From a virus, in the IMG/VR virus record IMGVR_UViG_3300017917_003053, positions 89,003 through 153,002 of that record: a stretch of DNA of 64,000 nt; one strand, written 5' to 3'. Positions within the stretch are counted from its first letter, which is position 1, and every line of letters starts with the position of its first letter. The notes under the pieces were generated by a model. The model worked only from the letters and a program-made list of their open reading frames with translations, was not told the origin of the DNA and searched no databases. This document shows positions 32,303-43,806 of this stretch, in pieces. The translations under genes and the position numbers were made by a program.

Positions 32303-35300
32303 TTAAGAGCCTCCAGCACCGCTACAACAACTAATAATTTTCCAAACATAATAGCTTGTATTATAATCTTGAATGCATTGAACCATACATGATTGTCCAG
32401 GATAAAGAGCAAAATTGCTACCATTAGGTGTCATAAAACTACCATTAATTGTCGGATTATGACTTAAATATATAATATATGTAGAATCTACATTATGTAA
32501 TATTTTGATTTCTCCTAAATTGTCAGGATCGCTAGGTGATGGAAAATAATCTATGGAAGAATTATTAAATAAACTATCTGTAAAGAATCCTATGGTCATG
32601 TATTCTATTATATCTGGAACATTAGATAGATCATTATTGAGATCATAAAGTGGATAAAATATAAATTTACCAAATAATCTATTGATTTTAGTTCCTTTAA
32701 GCTCTGGCTCAACGCCATCTCCAGTAACATTCAATTTGCTAGAAATATTCACTCCATTAGTGGAAGATATAGTTACAGTGCCTCCGGTATTGGGATTTAA
32801 TAACGTATTGTTTTCTATTCTAAGATTTCCCACATTTAATCTGGAAGATACGATCCCTGTTCCCACAACATGTAATTGTCCACTTGGAGTTACTGTATTG
32901 ATTCCAACATTTCCATCGTTACGAGCATATAAAAGTGGACTGCTTCCACTATTTGTAACAATCAATGCTGCACTAGAACTATTAGCCCCTGATCCAGCAA
33001 TATGCAGTCTTGTATTCGCATAAGGTTGTCCAGCAAATAATTTAACTGAATTTCCAGCATATGATGTATCTGTTGTTGGCAATCCTATTCCAATTGTTCC
33101 TGATGTTGTCATTCTCATCATTTCTGTAGCTGCTGGTAAAAATCTAATAGTTTGACTAGTATTTGCAGCATTATATCCGTGACCAATATGAATTTGTGTT
33201 GACATACCTAACATATTGAGATAACCACCTTGGCTACTCAATTGGATATTAGCACCTCCTCCATTCATTACTAAATCGCCACCATTTGTGGCACCAACAT
33301 ATAATGTTTTGTCTCCAGCAGCTTGAGATTTAAAATATATTGTTCCCAAATTATTACCAGTACCTCTAACATAAATGTCTCCAGCAACATCAAGGTGTCC
33401 GCTAGGAGTTGTAGTACCGATTCCTAAATATCCAGAACCATTTAGTCTCATGTATTCTGTACTTGCTGGTCTGAATATAATACTTTGATTAGCGAGTGTC
33501 TGGGCCGATGCATGACCTATTCTGACAGGACCATTACCAGCATAAATATCTATATCTGCACTTTGATTACCAACTTTAACACTGGCATTTGATGCGTCTA
33601 GATACAAGTTACCATTTGTGTCTGCTCTTACCCTCAAAGAGGTATCTGATGATGCCGATGTTGATTTAAAATATACGGTTCCTAGATTATTGCCCGTTCC
33701 TCTAATATAGGCATCTCCGCCAACATCCAGTACTCCAGATGGAGTTGAAGTTAAATTAACACCAATAGCACCAGTAAAATTATTCACACGAGTTTTAGGT
33801 GTCCATACTCCAGCAGAATGGTATCCAAATTCTGTATATCTATTAGTAGAAGAATCATTAGAAGTAGATATAGCTAGATGATTACCTTCTTTACCAAGAG
33901 TATAATCATTAGCAGTACCTCCTCCTCTAAATAATTGTAATTTATTGCCTACACTTCCAGTGTAATTATCTGCTAATCTTAAATTACCATCTATTACTAG
34001 TCTTTCAGGAGGTGCTGTAGCTTGTGTACCACTACCAACTCCTATAAAACCATTTGATCTCTGAATATTTAAACAATCAATCCAACTTGTACTACCTCCT
34101 TTACGGGATAGTCTAAAATCTCCTTCTGTGCCACGATAAAACATACCCCAGCCAAAAGTAGATGAACTGTTGTCTGCATTTGTTACAGAAAAGAACGGAC
34201 TACTATCAGTATTACCGTATCCTAAAATTGTATTAGATGATGTTGCTCCAGAAATAAATACTGATCCAAAATTTGATACTTGTCCAGAAATATGTAGTAT
34301 GGATATAGGGTTGCTGGCAACATTTAATCCAACCCTACTTCCTGTATCATATAATATACTATTTGTTAGACCAGAAGTGCTACTGAATCTGCTAATATAT
34401 CCACTAGTTCCAGTACCTGTAATTGGATTTGTGATAGTAGTCTGTAATCCGTTTGTATTTATAGTAATGGTACCTGGACCATTTGTTATAGAGATACCTG
34501 TGCCAGCACTTAATGTATTAACTATTAAAGATGTACCACTACCAATTAATAATTGACCATCAGAATATGATGTTCGGCCTGTGCCTCCCTTATTAATAGG
34601 TATGGTTGTTGCATTCCATCTTCCAGCATTGATATTTCCACTATTATCTACGGCAAAATCTGCTGTATCAATAGTTGTTATATTTTGTCCAGCACCAAAA
34701 AATCCATCATTTCTAATAGCAAACACAAGATTGCTATTTCTGTACACTCCAAAAGCAGTACCAGAGGCATCATTGATCGCTACTGCAACACCTAAACTAT
34801 TAGGGCTTATACTTACTCCTCTTAATGAGCTTAATCCACTATTAAAAACACTAGCATCTCCAAAAGTTTTGGGTCCGTTTACAGTTTGTGTTCCTGTTGT
34901 ATATACTATTGTTGATGGTAATAATCCGCTTACGCTACTACCAAAATTACTTATATCTGAAGATGTGTGGATATGGCCGCTGATACTCACCCCAGTTCCA
35001 TTGACTTGCAAAGCTTGAGTAAAATTTCCTGTTCCTATAACATGAAGTTGTGATGTTGGTGAAACTGTGCCTATACCTATTAATCCACTATTATTAATCC
35101 TTAATTTTTCTGTTCCACTGGTGCTGATTGCCAACACATTTGCTGCTGGTGAAAATAATCCTGTATCAGAATCATTTACGAATTCAAAAGATGGATTAGC
35201 AGCACTTCCAGAACCTGCTATTATAGAACCCGTTGAACTAATATCTCCTGTAAAAGTGCTAGTTCCGACAACATGAAATTTACTAGCAGGAACACCCGTT

Positions 35301-35695
35301 CCAATGCCAATGTTACCTCCACTGGTAATAATAAGATCATTTTGTCCAAATCTCCCAGCAACTACTCTATCATCACTAAAAACTTCAAATACTGGTAATC
35401 CAGCATTATTATTGACACTCATTAAACTACCACTTAAGTTATCAATAACACTAAATAGAGAACCATTAGTTCCTTCTATATTTAGTATAGTAGCCCCAGA
35501 TATTGAAGAATAAGTGTGAAGAGTAGCGTTTGGAGCACTAGTATTTATACTTAGTCCACTACTTGATAGGACTAAATAACCAGATGGATTAGTAATATTT
35601 ATAACGTTACCAGATCCATCAATTCGGCCAACTCTGGTCGAACCGGGATAAAAGTCTATGATTCCACTAGTTGGTGTTATAATCACATCTGGCAT
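32303..35695 (-). CDS. Long fibre protein with NxGIGTxxP repeats (1130 aa)
   Basis: Multiple 'GNIGIGTGVP / GIGTTTPSGHLDVAGD' repeats; internal duplication of 'YxRGTGNNLGTxYFKS'. Confidence 0.7.
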   Translation of the reverse strand: MPDVIITPTSGIIDFYPGSTRVGRIDGSGNVINITNPSGYLVLSSSGLSINTSAPNATLHTYSSISGATILNIEGTNGSLFSVIDNLSGSLMSVNNNAGLPVFEVFSDDRVVAGRFGQNDLIITSGGNIGIGTGVPASKFHVVGTSTFTGDISSTGSIIAGSGSAANPSFEFVNDSDTGLFSPAANVLAISTSGTEKLRINNSGLIGIGTVSPTSQLHVIGTGNFTQALQVNGTGVSISGHIHTSSDISNFGSSVSGLLPSTIVYTTGTQTVNGPKTFGDASVFNSGLSSLRGVSISPNSLGVAVAINDASGTAFGVYRNSNLVFAIRNDGFFGAGQNITTIDTADFAVDNSGNINAGRWNATTIPINKGGTGRTSYSDGQLLIGSGTSLIVNTLSAGTGISITNGPGTITINTNGLQTTITNPITGTGTSGYISRFSSTSGLTNSILYDTGSRVGLNVASNPISILHISGQVSNFGSVFISGATSSNTILGYGNTDSSPFFSVTNADNSSSTFGWGMFYRGTEGDFRLSRKGGSTSWIDCLNIQRSNGFIGVGSGTQATAPPERLVIDGNLRLADNYTGSVGNKLQLFRGGGTANDYTLGKEGNHLAISTSNDSSTNRYTEFGYHSAGVWTPKTRVNNFTGAIGVNLTSTPSGVLDVGGDAYIRGTGNNLGTVYFKSTSASSDTSLRVRADTNGNLYLDASNASVKVGNQSADIDIYAGNGPVRIGHASAQTLANQSIIFRPASTEYMRLNGSGYLGIGTTTPSGHLDVAGDIYVRGTGNNLGTIYFKSQAAGDKTLYVGATNGGDLVMNGGGANIQLSSQGGYLNMLGMSTQIHIGHGYNAANTSQTIRFLPAATEMMRMTTSGTIGIGLPTTDTSYAGNSVKLFAGQPYANTRLHIAGSGANSSSAALIVTNSGSSPLLYARNDGNVGINTVTPSGQLHVVGTGIVSSRLNVGNLRIENNTLLNPNTGGTVTISSTNGVNISSKLNVTGDGVEPELKGTKINRLFGKFIFYPLYDLNNDLSNVPDIIEYMTIGFFTDSLFNNSSIDYFPSPSDPDNLGEIKILHNVDSTYIIYLSHNPTINGSFMTPNGSNFALYPGQSCMVQCIQDYNTSYYVWKIISCCSGAGGS

Positions 35696-35730
35696 TAGTA
35701 TTCTCCATATTTAGTTAGTATGATATACAC

Positions 35731-36423
35731 CTATAGACTAAAACGGCCTTTGATAGCATTATAATTTTGACTAATTTCTATAACCGATAAAACTTTATTA
35801 TATAAAGTTATATTTGATATATCGCCAACTAAATGTTGAGTATAAGCATCATCTCTAGTACCTACTCTTAAAGTTCCAGAAGCTGTTCCAGTAGCCGAAC
35901 CTCGTGTTGTTGAGGCAACTTGTATTCCATCAAAATATCCAATTAAATTTGTTCCGTCAAATGTTAATCCAATATTATGCCATAATCCATCTGTAGCCTT
36001 TGTGGTACTATATGTGGTATATACGTCGTTATAGCTCGTCCCTGCCGCGAACCATAAAGCGCTAGCAGTGTAAGCGCTTAATTCAAAGTCAGAATTACTC
36101 ATTCTTAATATAGTTTGCCAAGAATTATCTTGTAAACTAGTTCTATACCAAACAAAAATACTTAGTGCAGAAAGCGCTGGGATATTTGCAATATCAAACC
36201 TACTATAATTAGTACCAACAATTCCTCCATTAAAAGTAAAATATCCATTGCTATTATATAAAGGATATGTTGGGGACTGAGATCCAGCTTTGGCACCACT
36301 ATAAGAACTTGAAATTAAATTATTCCATGTGCTACCGCTACCAGGATAGCTTTTAGTATTTTTAGCATCTAGGTACATGATTAAAGAATCTGTAATAATT
36401 CTAGGGCCATTGCTATAACTCAT
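35731..36423 (-). CDS. LamG/concanavalin A-like lectin domain protein
   Basis: 'LIMYLDAKNTKSYPGSGSTW...WHNIGLTFDG...YNKVLS..EISQNYNAIKGRF'. Confidence 0.75.
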   Translation of the reverse strand: MSYSNGPRIITDSLIMYLDAKNTKSYPGSGSTWNNLISSSYSGAKAGSQSPTYPLYNSNGYFTFNGGIVGTNYSRFDIANIPALSALSIFVWYRTSLQDNSWQTILRMSNSDFELSAYTASALWFAAGTSYNDVYTTYSTTKATDGLWHNIGLTFDGTNLIGYFDGIQVASTTRGSATGTASGTLRVGTRDDAYTQHLVGDISNITLYNKVLSVIEISQNYNAIKGRFSL

Positions 36424-36602
36424 ATAATTTCCTGTATATTGATAATAGTTTTAATATCATACAATAGTTTTATTTGCTCTATAGCCAACTCTTCTGATTC
36501 TGATAGCAACGTAGTACATAACCGAATTTCACTTATCTCTTCATCTGACAATAAAGGATTGAATTTATCATATATAATGCATAATATTTCAAAAGTTTTC
36601 AT
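36420..36602 (-). CDS. Small hypothetical protein (60 aa)
   Basis: Overlaps both neighbours by 4 nt (translational coupling). Confidence 0.55.
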   Translation of the reverse strand: MKTFEILCIIYDKFNPLLSDEEISEIRLCTTLLSESEELAIEQIKLLYDIKTIINIQEII

Positions 36603-37975
36603 AATGTTGTTAATCTAATAAGTTGAGAAGCATTTAAATATGTTGGTACATAAAATATTTTTTTATAACAGGCCATTCCTGGCATACTCAATATATTAAA
36701 TTTTTGTGGTATCAAACTATTTGACGAAGTGCCTGTTGTTCCATTCATAGCGCACATTAATGGAGCATATTGTCTATTTGCGATTATCATTTTATTATTT
36801 ATTGCAGAAATTTGTACAGGGGCGCCAGCATTAAAGTCAAACGCTGCTTGTCCTGGAGGTCTATATAAATACGTCACATATCCAGATGCTCCAGCATTAG
36901 TATTAATTCTCATTGTGGCCGTATTTCCTGAGTTATACTTAGAGGTGGATCCTAGTGCTATTACGTTTCCGACTATTGTAGATATAAAAAAGTAAGGAGT
37001 GGTAAACTCAACATATACAGAACAAGAATCAGCACTATATCCTGCTAACAAATTGTTTTCTGTTGCGTCTGTGGACCCTATGATGCAAGTATCTCCAAAG
37101 CAAGTCCCCGCTGAACCTGTAGTTTTGATATATGCTGCAAAACATGTGTGATAATTAAAAGTGGTTATGTATATATCAGCCATAGCTCCCCAAAATAATA
37201 ATCCATCATTAGCGTTGGTTAACGATATAGATGACGATGATGATGTGGGAGTGAAAGTAATAGTATAATTTGCTGAGTTAATTGTAATTGCATCTTCTAT
37301 ACTTAGTATGCATCTGTACCAGCCATTTCCCATATTGCATATGTGTTTATATATAAATTGTAATCCATTTTGATTAACTGGTGTTGGATAATGTGCTCCA
37401 AGTCCATTAGTATTATTTCCTAAAGTTCCAGTAGATAAATTATAATAACAATCAACAGTATTGGTTCCGTTATCAATTTTAATGTTTAAATTTTGACATT
37501 CTGCTGCTTTGGCCATTATACTCACAGTTAATTGTCTTTTAAGCGTAGTACTAGCATTACCAGCTGCTGTTAAAATATAACTTAAATTTCCTCCAGATGA
37601 TGATAAACTGAGTTTAGAACCATTTGATACTCCATCTGGAGACAGTGTGGATGTAGAACTTAGCGAAGAATTCGTCTTAACCCAAACAGCTTGAGAAAAA
37701 TCTTCACTATAATTAAAATAGTTATATGAAGTTCTTTGATTATCAATATATAATCCTCTATATTGCAAAACTCCATTACTGTCATATTCATAAGTAAATC
37801 TTGGTTCATTTGCTCCTGCTGTTTTTATATATCCATCACTGCCAACATAAGTTGCTATACTATTTCTACTAAATGTAATTGGACCACCAATAGCTCCTGC
37901 GCTTGGATTAATGCTCTGCTGAGATACAAAATCTCTATAAAAAGTAGCTTTTACATTTCCATATTGAGTCGCCAT
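36599..37975 (-). CDS. Head spike/fibre-like carbohydrate-binding protein (458 aa)
   Basis: 'ITFSRNSIATYVGSDGYIKTAGANEPRF...YSEDFSQAVW...GNGWYRC' pattern typical of phage spike proteins. Confidence 0.6.
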   Translation of the reverse strand: MATQYGNVKATFYRDFVSQQSINPSAGAIGGPITFSRNSIATYVGSDGYIKTAGANEPRFTYEYDSNGVLQYRGLYIDNQRTSYNYFNYSEDFSQAVWVKTNSSLSSTSTLSPDGVSNGSKLSLSSSGGNLSYILTAAGNASTTLKRQLTVSIMAKAAECQNLNIKIDNGTNTVDCYYNLSTGTLGNNTNGLGAHYPTPVNQNGLQFIYKHICNMGNGWYRCILSIEDAITINSANYTITFTPTSSSSSISLTNANDGLLFWGAMADIYITTFNYHTCFAAYIKTTGSAGTCFGDTCIIGSTDATENNLLAGYSADSCSVYVEFTTPYFFISTIVGNVIALGSTSKYNSGNTATMRINTNAGASGYVTYLYRPPGQAAFDFNAGAPVQISAINNKMIIANRQYAPLMCAMNGTTGTSSNSLIPQKFNILSMPGMACYKKIFYVPTYLNASQLIRLTTL

Positions 37976-38679
37976 TATAATCCAAACCTTCCTTTGAGAG
38001 CATTATAATTTTGTAAAATTTCAGTCTGAGTTAATTTTCTATTATAGACTTGAGTAAAAGAATTATATCCTGCTAAATCTTTATATCCAGATTGATATCT
38101 ACGACCTATCTGAGTGCTAGTTAAGCTAGTAAAGTTTGGAACTGATGCGTGATTTTTGGTTGGAGAAAATACTCCATTTCTAAAATAAATACTAGTTTGT
38201 GCAGTTCTATCAAATATAACTCCTATGAATACTAATAAGTTATTTACAAAAGTATTAGCTCCAAAATTATGAGAAGTTCCACCGCCATAAAAATCTAGAT
38301 TTAACGATCCAAAATTGATTTGAAAGAATATTGATTGTCCAGAGGCCGATCCTCCTGATCCTCCTGACTGATAGAAAAAATTACCATAATTATCACCAAA
38401 CGTAATTAATTGATGGGCGCATACTATAGTAAAATCACCCTGATCAATTCTCATAGCATTGGATGTAGGTAAAGATATATAATCATCTACGGTATCAAGA
38501 TATATTGATCCACCATTTGTGCTGGAATAGACAGCACCATTCATTAATGTTCCATGATTATTTCTACCACTTAGATCATACAAAACAGTACCATTACCAG
38601 GATAGCTTTTACTGTTTGCAGCATCCAAATGTAAAATAAGACCACTATTTGCTATACTTGGCCCACCATAAATTGACAT
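37975..38679 (-). CDS. LamG/concanavalin A-like lectin domain protein, paralog of 35731..36423
   Basis: Likely start MSIYGGP; 'LILHLDAANSKSYPGNG...YNRKLTQTEILQNYNALKGRFGL'. Confidence 0.75.
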   Translation of the reverse strand: MSIYGGPSIANSGLILHLDAANSKSYPGNGTVLYDLSGRNNHGTLMNGAVYSSTNGGSIYLDTVDDYISLPTSNAMRIDQGDFTIVCAHQLITFGDNYGNFFYQSGGSGGSASGQSIFFQINFGSLNLDFYGGGTSHNFGANTFVNNLLVFIGVIFDRTAQTSIYFRNGVFSPTKNHASVPNFTSLTSTQIGRRYQSGYKDLAGYNSFTQVYNRKLTQTEILQNYNALKGRFGL

Positions 38680-38680
38680 T

Positions 38681-41176
38681 CTAGTTCTCCTTTTCGACAA
38701 CTAGACTCTCCACATCCTTACGAACTCCTGTAAGCGTCCAAAAGAATTCTAATTCTCCCAATGTTTTTGCTCTATTTGCTTTAACTATAAATTTATCATT
38801 TTTTAGATCAATTTTATCAACATATATAGTTTTGGCATGTTTATAATTGGTAATCTGAATATTTAAAGTATCATCATCATGAATCAAGTCTTTTAAATAA
38901 TCAGGCAGAATGACGCTTCCTGCCCCTTTAATAACCTTACCTCGTCCTGTAAGACGAACTCCGTGATATGGACTTTCCAAACTTCCATACTCTAAACTAT
39001 AGCCATTTTTAGAAGGATGATCTATTCGGAAACTTTTTGTTGTAGCGCCAAAACTACCATTTACTTGTAATCTATATCCTGGATTAGTGGTTCCTATACC
39101 AACATTACCAGAAGTATCTATAACCATTCTATGAGATCCTGCTGTATTGGATCTTATATTAAAGTATCCTGATCCTGCGTTATTGCTAGTATTAACACCA
39201 ACACTCCAGTCACTAACGCTATCTATTAACCTTAATTGAGTATCATAACCTAAACTATTATTTAGTCTTATTGTTGTTTGTGAACCGGAGACATGAATTC
39301 TATCAGCAGGATCAGCATTAATTCCTAGGTTGCCAGCAGAACTGATTATTAATCTGTCTGCTCCACCAGTATCGTCTCGTAATCTAAAAGAGCCAGCATT
39401 AGTTCCATCAGCATAAGAAGCTAATCTAAATACTCTACCTAAAGTATTATAGTTACCTAAAGCAATACCAAAATGTCCGTTTGTGTTACCGCTTAATGCA
39501 ATACTGGAGTTGTCATATCTTTGTAGTCTTGAAGAACAATTAACGAATTTTAGTGCTCCGCTAACTTCTAGAGCTTCGGCTGGATTGGTGGTGCCTATAC
39601 CAACATTTCCTTGTACTATCAGTCCATCGGTAGGAGGAGTAAAATTGTAACTAGATCCTATAGCAACTCCACCACTAATTGCTACTAATCCGCTAGGGGC
39701 TGTAAATCCAACGCCAAATGATCCTCCTCCATTACAAACCCAACTACGATTAGCGCCACCGCCAGCAAGAGAATTGCTAAATTGATATCTTGTAACCGAG
39801 TAATCTGCTGCGAAACCAGTAATAATATTGTTTAACTGAATACTTCCTCTAGCAATCATATTTCCATTAACGTCTAATTTGAAGCCATTTTGAGGAACTG
39901 TAGTATTAATACCAACATTACCTAAGCCATTAACGTGTAATCTATCAACGCCGCTGGTTGCGATACTAATTCCATTAACAGCAGGACTATAGAAACCAGT
40001 TGATATATTTCCGCTAAATGATATTGATGGAGAATTAAGAGAACCAGAATTAACTGTTATTCCACTACTAAAAAATCCGCTGCCAATAACATGCAATCTA
40101 CAAGAGGGATTAATTGTTCCAATTCCGATGTTAGTATTATTGTCATAGATTAGACTACTAGAAATGCTATTATCATTTATCCATTTAGATAAATATCCAG
40201 ATACTCCAGTACCAGTAACAGGATTTGTCAGTGTGGACTGTTTGCTATTTAATTGAGTTTGAACATTGCTAGTAATACCGCTTAAATAACTTAATTCTGT
40301 CAATGATGGTGAAATTAATGAAACTATATTTTGATTATTATCAAATACTGCAAGAGTGTCTGGTGTTTGATTTGGTAGTCTTAAGTTTGCTTCTACCCAA
40401 GTATCATTATTTAAAAAAATAGTAGAGTCATTAATAATCATACTAGCAGTAGACGATGATATATTAAGAGGATCAGCACCGCTGATTGATGAGGTTATAA
40501 TACTGGTAAAGTTTCCACTACTGCTTGGAACCCATAATCCACTATCACTATTATATTGCAGAAATTGACCGTTGGTTGCTCCTGTTGTAGCAACATTATG
40601 TAATTCTTCTAATTCAAAACCATTTTGTACTTTAACATTAATAACCCCTTGTGTTTGATGAACTCTTACTAAAGTTCCAACACTTACTATATGGTTAGGA
40701 GCATATGGTTTAGTAGTTGTAATTCCACCAGAAACTGTGGGACTAAGCCATAGAATGGTTCCTGGATTTACTCCACTGAAAGAAGATAGAGTATTAAGAT
40801 TTTTTAGTGTTCCATCAACAATTACTTGACCTACAGATCCATTAGATATATCATTTACTACAATACCATAAGTTTTACTACTAGTAGCTTCACTATTAGC
40901 AATAGATAATACTATTCTGGGAATATCCCCTTGAGCACCGCTAAGATAAACAACACTCATCTTAGGAATAGTACTACCAGTATCATTTCTAACAATAGTT
41001 GTTAGATTATCATTTAATGCTGGTAAATCTGCCCATTGTTTTGTACCATCGCCAATTTTTAATACATTAAGATTTGTAATAAATCCGGGCTCACCTGAAG
41101 CTAAAACTGTTGTGTTAGCAATGTCCCATTCATTATATGTACCATTACGATATTGGATTAAGGTTTTTCTGGGCAT
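38681..41176 (-). CDS. Fibre protein with Mtd-N/hyaluronidase-N-like domain (831 aa)
   Basis: N-terminal 'IQYRNGT..EW...LASGEPGF..LKIGDG..WADLP'; GNVGIGTTNP repeats; C-terminal 'KSFRIDHP...LESP'. Confidence 0.7.
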   Translation of the reverse strand: MPRKTLIQYRNGTYNEWDIANTTVLASGEPGFITNLNVLKIGDGTKQWADLPALNDNLTTIVRNDTGSTIPKMSVVYLSGAQGDIPRIVLSIANSEATSSKTYGIVVNDISNGSVGQVIVDGTLKNLNTLSSFSGVNPGTILWLSPTVSGGITTTKPYAPNHIVSVGTLVRVHQTQGVINVKVQNGFELEELHNVATTGATNGQFLQYNSDSGLWVPSSSGNFTSIITSSISGADPLNISSSTASMIINDSTIFLNNDTWVEANLRLPNQTPDTLAVFDNNQNIVSLISPSLTELSYLSGITSNVQTQLNSKQSTLTNPVTGTGVSGYLSKWINDNSISSSLIYDNNTNIGIGTINPSCRLHVIGSGFFSSGITVNSGSLNSPSISFSGNISTGFYSPAVNGISIATSGVDRLHVNGLGNVGINTTVPQNGFKLDVNGNMIARGSIQLNNIITGFAADYSVTRYQFSNSLAGGGANRSWVCNGGGSFGVGFTAPSGLVAISGGVAIGSSYNFTPPTDGLIVQGNVGIGTTNPAEALEVSGALKFVNCSSRLQRYDNSSIALSGNTNGHFGIALGNYNTLGRVFRLASYADGTNAGSFRLRDDTGGADRLIISSAGNLGINADPADRIHVSGSQTTIRLNNSLGYDTQLRLIDSVSDWSVGVNTSNNAGSGYFNIRSNTAGSHRMVIDTSGNVGIGTTNPGYRLQVNGSFGATTKSFRIDHPSKNGYSLEYGSLESPYHGVRLTGRGKVIKGAGSVILPDYLKDLIHDDDTLNIQITNYKHAKTIYVDKIDLKNDKFIVKANRAKTLGELEFFWTLTGVRKDVESLVVEKEN

Positions 41177-41253
41177 GTTTGTACTTTTCCATAATTGGTT
41201 ATTTTCCTATGATATAATAATTACAAGACAAAAGTTGTCTAATAATTTATATA

Positions 41254-43482
41254 TTATGGAGTACCACCATTAATCCAGCCCCAATATGATACTACTCCGT
41301 CAGTTTGCAGTATCATACCACTAGTAGTACCAGCAGGAATATTGACTCCAGTTACGGAGATATTATATAAACCGCTCATTCTACCTGATGGTACTGTTCC
41401 TGTGCTAAGATTAGAAGCGTTAAGGCCGGTTAGTGATCCACCATCTCCTCCAAAACTAGTTGCTGTTAATCTGCCAGTTGAAGGATTAAATGTCAATGAG
41501 GTATTGACCTTTTGAACATTATTACCTGTTGTATTGTCAACAAAGGTTAGGTATCTGCTAGCATTGGTACTATCAGAACTTACTGCTGTTTGAGTAGCAT
41601 TAGTAGCAGTACCACTTAGTGTTGCTGTAATGGTTCCAGCACTAAAGTTACCAGAAGCATCACGAGCAACAACCTTACTGGCTGTATTTGCATCTGTAGC
41701 ATCTACACCTAGAGTTAGTGTTGCTCCTTCACTACCAGCAGCGCCACCAGTAAGATAACTACCGTTAGCTATACTAGCAACATAATTACCTACAGTATGT
41801 GTACCAAGAGTAATTCTATCATTACCAATACTTGCATTAATACTTAGTGTTGGGCCTGTTACTAAATTAGTAAGTGTTCCACTAGCAGTTCCGCTAATGG
41901 CTCCAGTGATAGCTACAGTAATAACTGGACTTGGAAGAGTTCCAGAAATGATATTTGACCAACTTAATAGGGCGTCAACCTCTCCCTTTGTTCCACTAAA
42001 TACTTCGTTGGTATTTGTTGCTTGTCTTAAAAAGACAAACTTATCACTGTTATCTTGATAACCGAAGAAACCAACTCTATTAGCGCCATCATGATATTTA
42101 AATTCGATACCTCTATCTTTACTATCATTGATAGCTGTTCCAGAACCTCCTAAAGTAAAGATTGGGTCATCAATAACTACTACTGTACTTTGTACCAAAG
42201 CTCCAGTGCCATTGATAACAAGATTACCACCAATTCTTAAATTACCAGTAACGTTAACATCTGGAGATTCAACTGTGATTGATGTTCCACTGGCTAAAAT
42301 TTTATTAGTTGTGACATTACTTGTTGACAGAGCGTTAGAGGTTACACTTTGTAAGCCGGTAATAGTATTATTCAAACCAACATTAACATTGCCAGCAACT
42401 CCATCTGCATTAGTTAAGACTAAATTATTATTAGATGTTGTTAGGGTTCTATTATAGAAATTACCAGCATTATCTCTAACAATAATACCAGTACCAGTAA
42501 AGTTATGTAGATTTAATGATTGTCCAGATAGTGCGATTGTTAAAGAATTTGCGCCGGTAATGAACTGAACACCTGTACCAGCAAGTATGCTAGTATTAAC
42601 GCAGTCTGCAACACCACTGCAAAAATTAGGAATATCAACAAATCCACTACCAGGAGTATAAGTATGTTTGTGTCCACTTAGACTGACTGGGAACAGAGTT
42701 GATCCAAGAGTACCTCCTGTTGGACCAACAAATGGAGTTTGATTATAGTATACAGATCCACTATATAAAATTGGATTGCCAGAATATGTTATTGGACCTC
42801 TTGCAAGAATGGATGCTGTACTAGATATATCTATACCACCAGCACTAACATACAAAGTACCATAAACGTCCAAATCTGTGGTAACAACTCTGCCTCCAGT
42901 ACCAGCATTTAGATTAACATTTCCAGATGTTGTACCAATACTTAGACCATTAACTCCACTAACACTACTAATTCCTGTAATATTGCTGTTAAGACCAATA
43001 GTTGGATTGCCAGATGAACCATCGGCATTGGTCAATACAATGTTTGCTCCGCTAGACAAAACTCTTTCATAAATATTTGAAGCACCATCTGTAACAATAA
43101 ATCCTTTGCTACTTAGAGCTGCTATATCTCTAAGTTTTTTATTCAAGGATAATGAATAGTATGATCCAGACGGATCTGCTGTTCCTAGACTAACTAATGT
43201 TGCAGATATGCCGCTCCCTGATGGCGCTATAATACTATGAAAAATATTGCTATTAGTACCAGAAGGATCAATAATGATACCACTTCCGGGAATTAAATCT
43301 CCACCACCTGCCGAATTAAGATTGTTCCAGTGTGTTGTACCGTCACCAATCTTAAAAATCTTCCTCTGTGTGTCATAACCTAATTCACCTTCATATAAGA
43401 TACCGTTGCCAAGAGAATTTGCAGCATTTGACCACTCTACTGTTGTTCCTCTTCTGATTTGAATTCTTGTTTGAACTGGCAT
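41254..43482 (-). CDS. Fibre protein with Mtd-N-like domain (742 aa)
   Basis: 'RIQIRRGTTVEW...LYEGELGYD..KIFKIGDGTTHWNNL'; G/T/S-rich. Confidence 0.7.
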   Translation of the reverse strand: MPVQTRIQIRRGTTVEWSNAANSLGNGILYEGELGYDTQRKIFKIGDGTTHWNNLNSAGGGDLIPGSGIIIDPSGTNSNIFHSIIAPSGSGISATLVSLGTADPSGSYYSLSLNKKLRDIAALSSKGFIVTDGASNIYERVLSSGANIVLTNADGSSGNPTIGLNSNITGISSVSGVNGLSIGTTSGNVNLNAGTGGRVVTTDLDVYGTLYVSAGGIDISSTASILARGPITYSGNPILYSGSVYYNQTPFVGPTGGTLGSTLFPVSLSGHKHTYTPGSGFVDIPNFCSGVADCVNTSILAGTGVQFITGANSLTIALSGQSLNLHNFTGTGIIVRDNAGNFYNRTLTTSNNNLVLTNADGVAGNVNVGLNNTITGLQSVTSNALSTSNVTTNKILASGTSITVESPDVNVTGNLRIGGNLVINGTGALVQSTVVVIDDPIFTLGGSGTAINDSKDRGIEFKYHDGANRVGFFGYQDNSDKFVFLRQATNTNEVFSGTKGEVDALLSWSNIISGTLPSPVITVAITGAISGTASGTLTNLVTGPTLSINASIGNDRITLGTHTVGNYVASIANGSYLTGGAAGSEGATLTLGVDATDANTASKVVARDASGNFSAGTITATLSGTATNATQTAVSSDSTNASRYLTFVDNTTGNNVQKVNTSLTFNPSTGRLTATSFGGDGGSLTGLNASNLSTGTVPSGRMSGLYNISVTGVNIPAGTTSGMILQTDGVVSYWGWINGGTP

Positions 43483-43500
43483 ATAAGTATCTCCGGTTAA

Positions 43501-43806
43501 TTAGGGTGTACCACAATCAAAATCATAATCATAATCGTCTAAAAATGCTGATAGGCCATCTGTTCCAATGCCGTAAGGCTCTCCAAAATCTATTCTTTGT
43601 ATTGAAAAATTTCCAACAATTTTTGTGACGGGTATATCGTCTGGTAGATCACTAGCTAGCACTACTGCACTATTAGTAATTTCTACATTATAAACATCAT
43701 ATCTTTCTATTTCAATATTATCTGTAACATTCTCTAAGAAGCTAGTTTCTATTTCTATAGTATGTACAATTGGTTCTTGAATTTCAATAATAAAATCTAC
43801 GCTCAT
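43501..43806 (-). CDS. Small acidic virion protein
   Basis: Likely start MSVDFII coupled to the upstream stop; ends DFDCGTP. Confidence 0.55.
   Translation of the reverse strand: MSVDFIIEIQEPIVHTIEIETSFLENVTDNIEIERYDVYNVEITNSAVVLASDLPDDIPVTKIVGNFSIQRIDFGEPYGIGTDGLSAFLDDYDYDFDCGTP

Noticed and set aside
38681-43482. Diversity-generating retroelement suggested by the Mtd-N-like domains
   Set aside because: No reverse transcriptase and no template/variable repeat pair seen in the window; Mtd-N is a generic fibre-attachment domain
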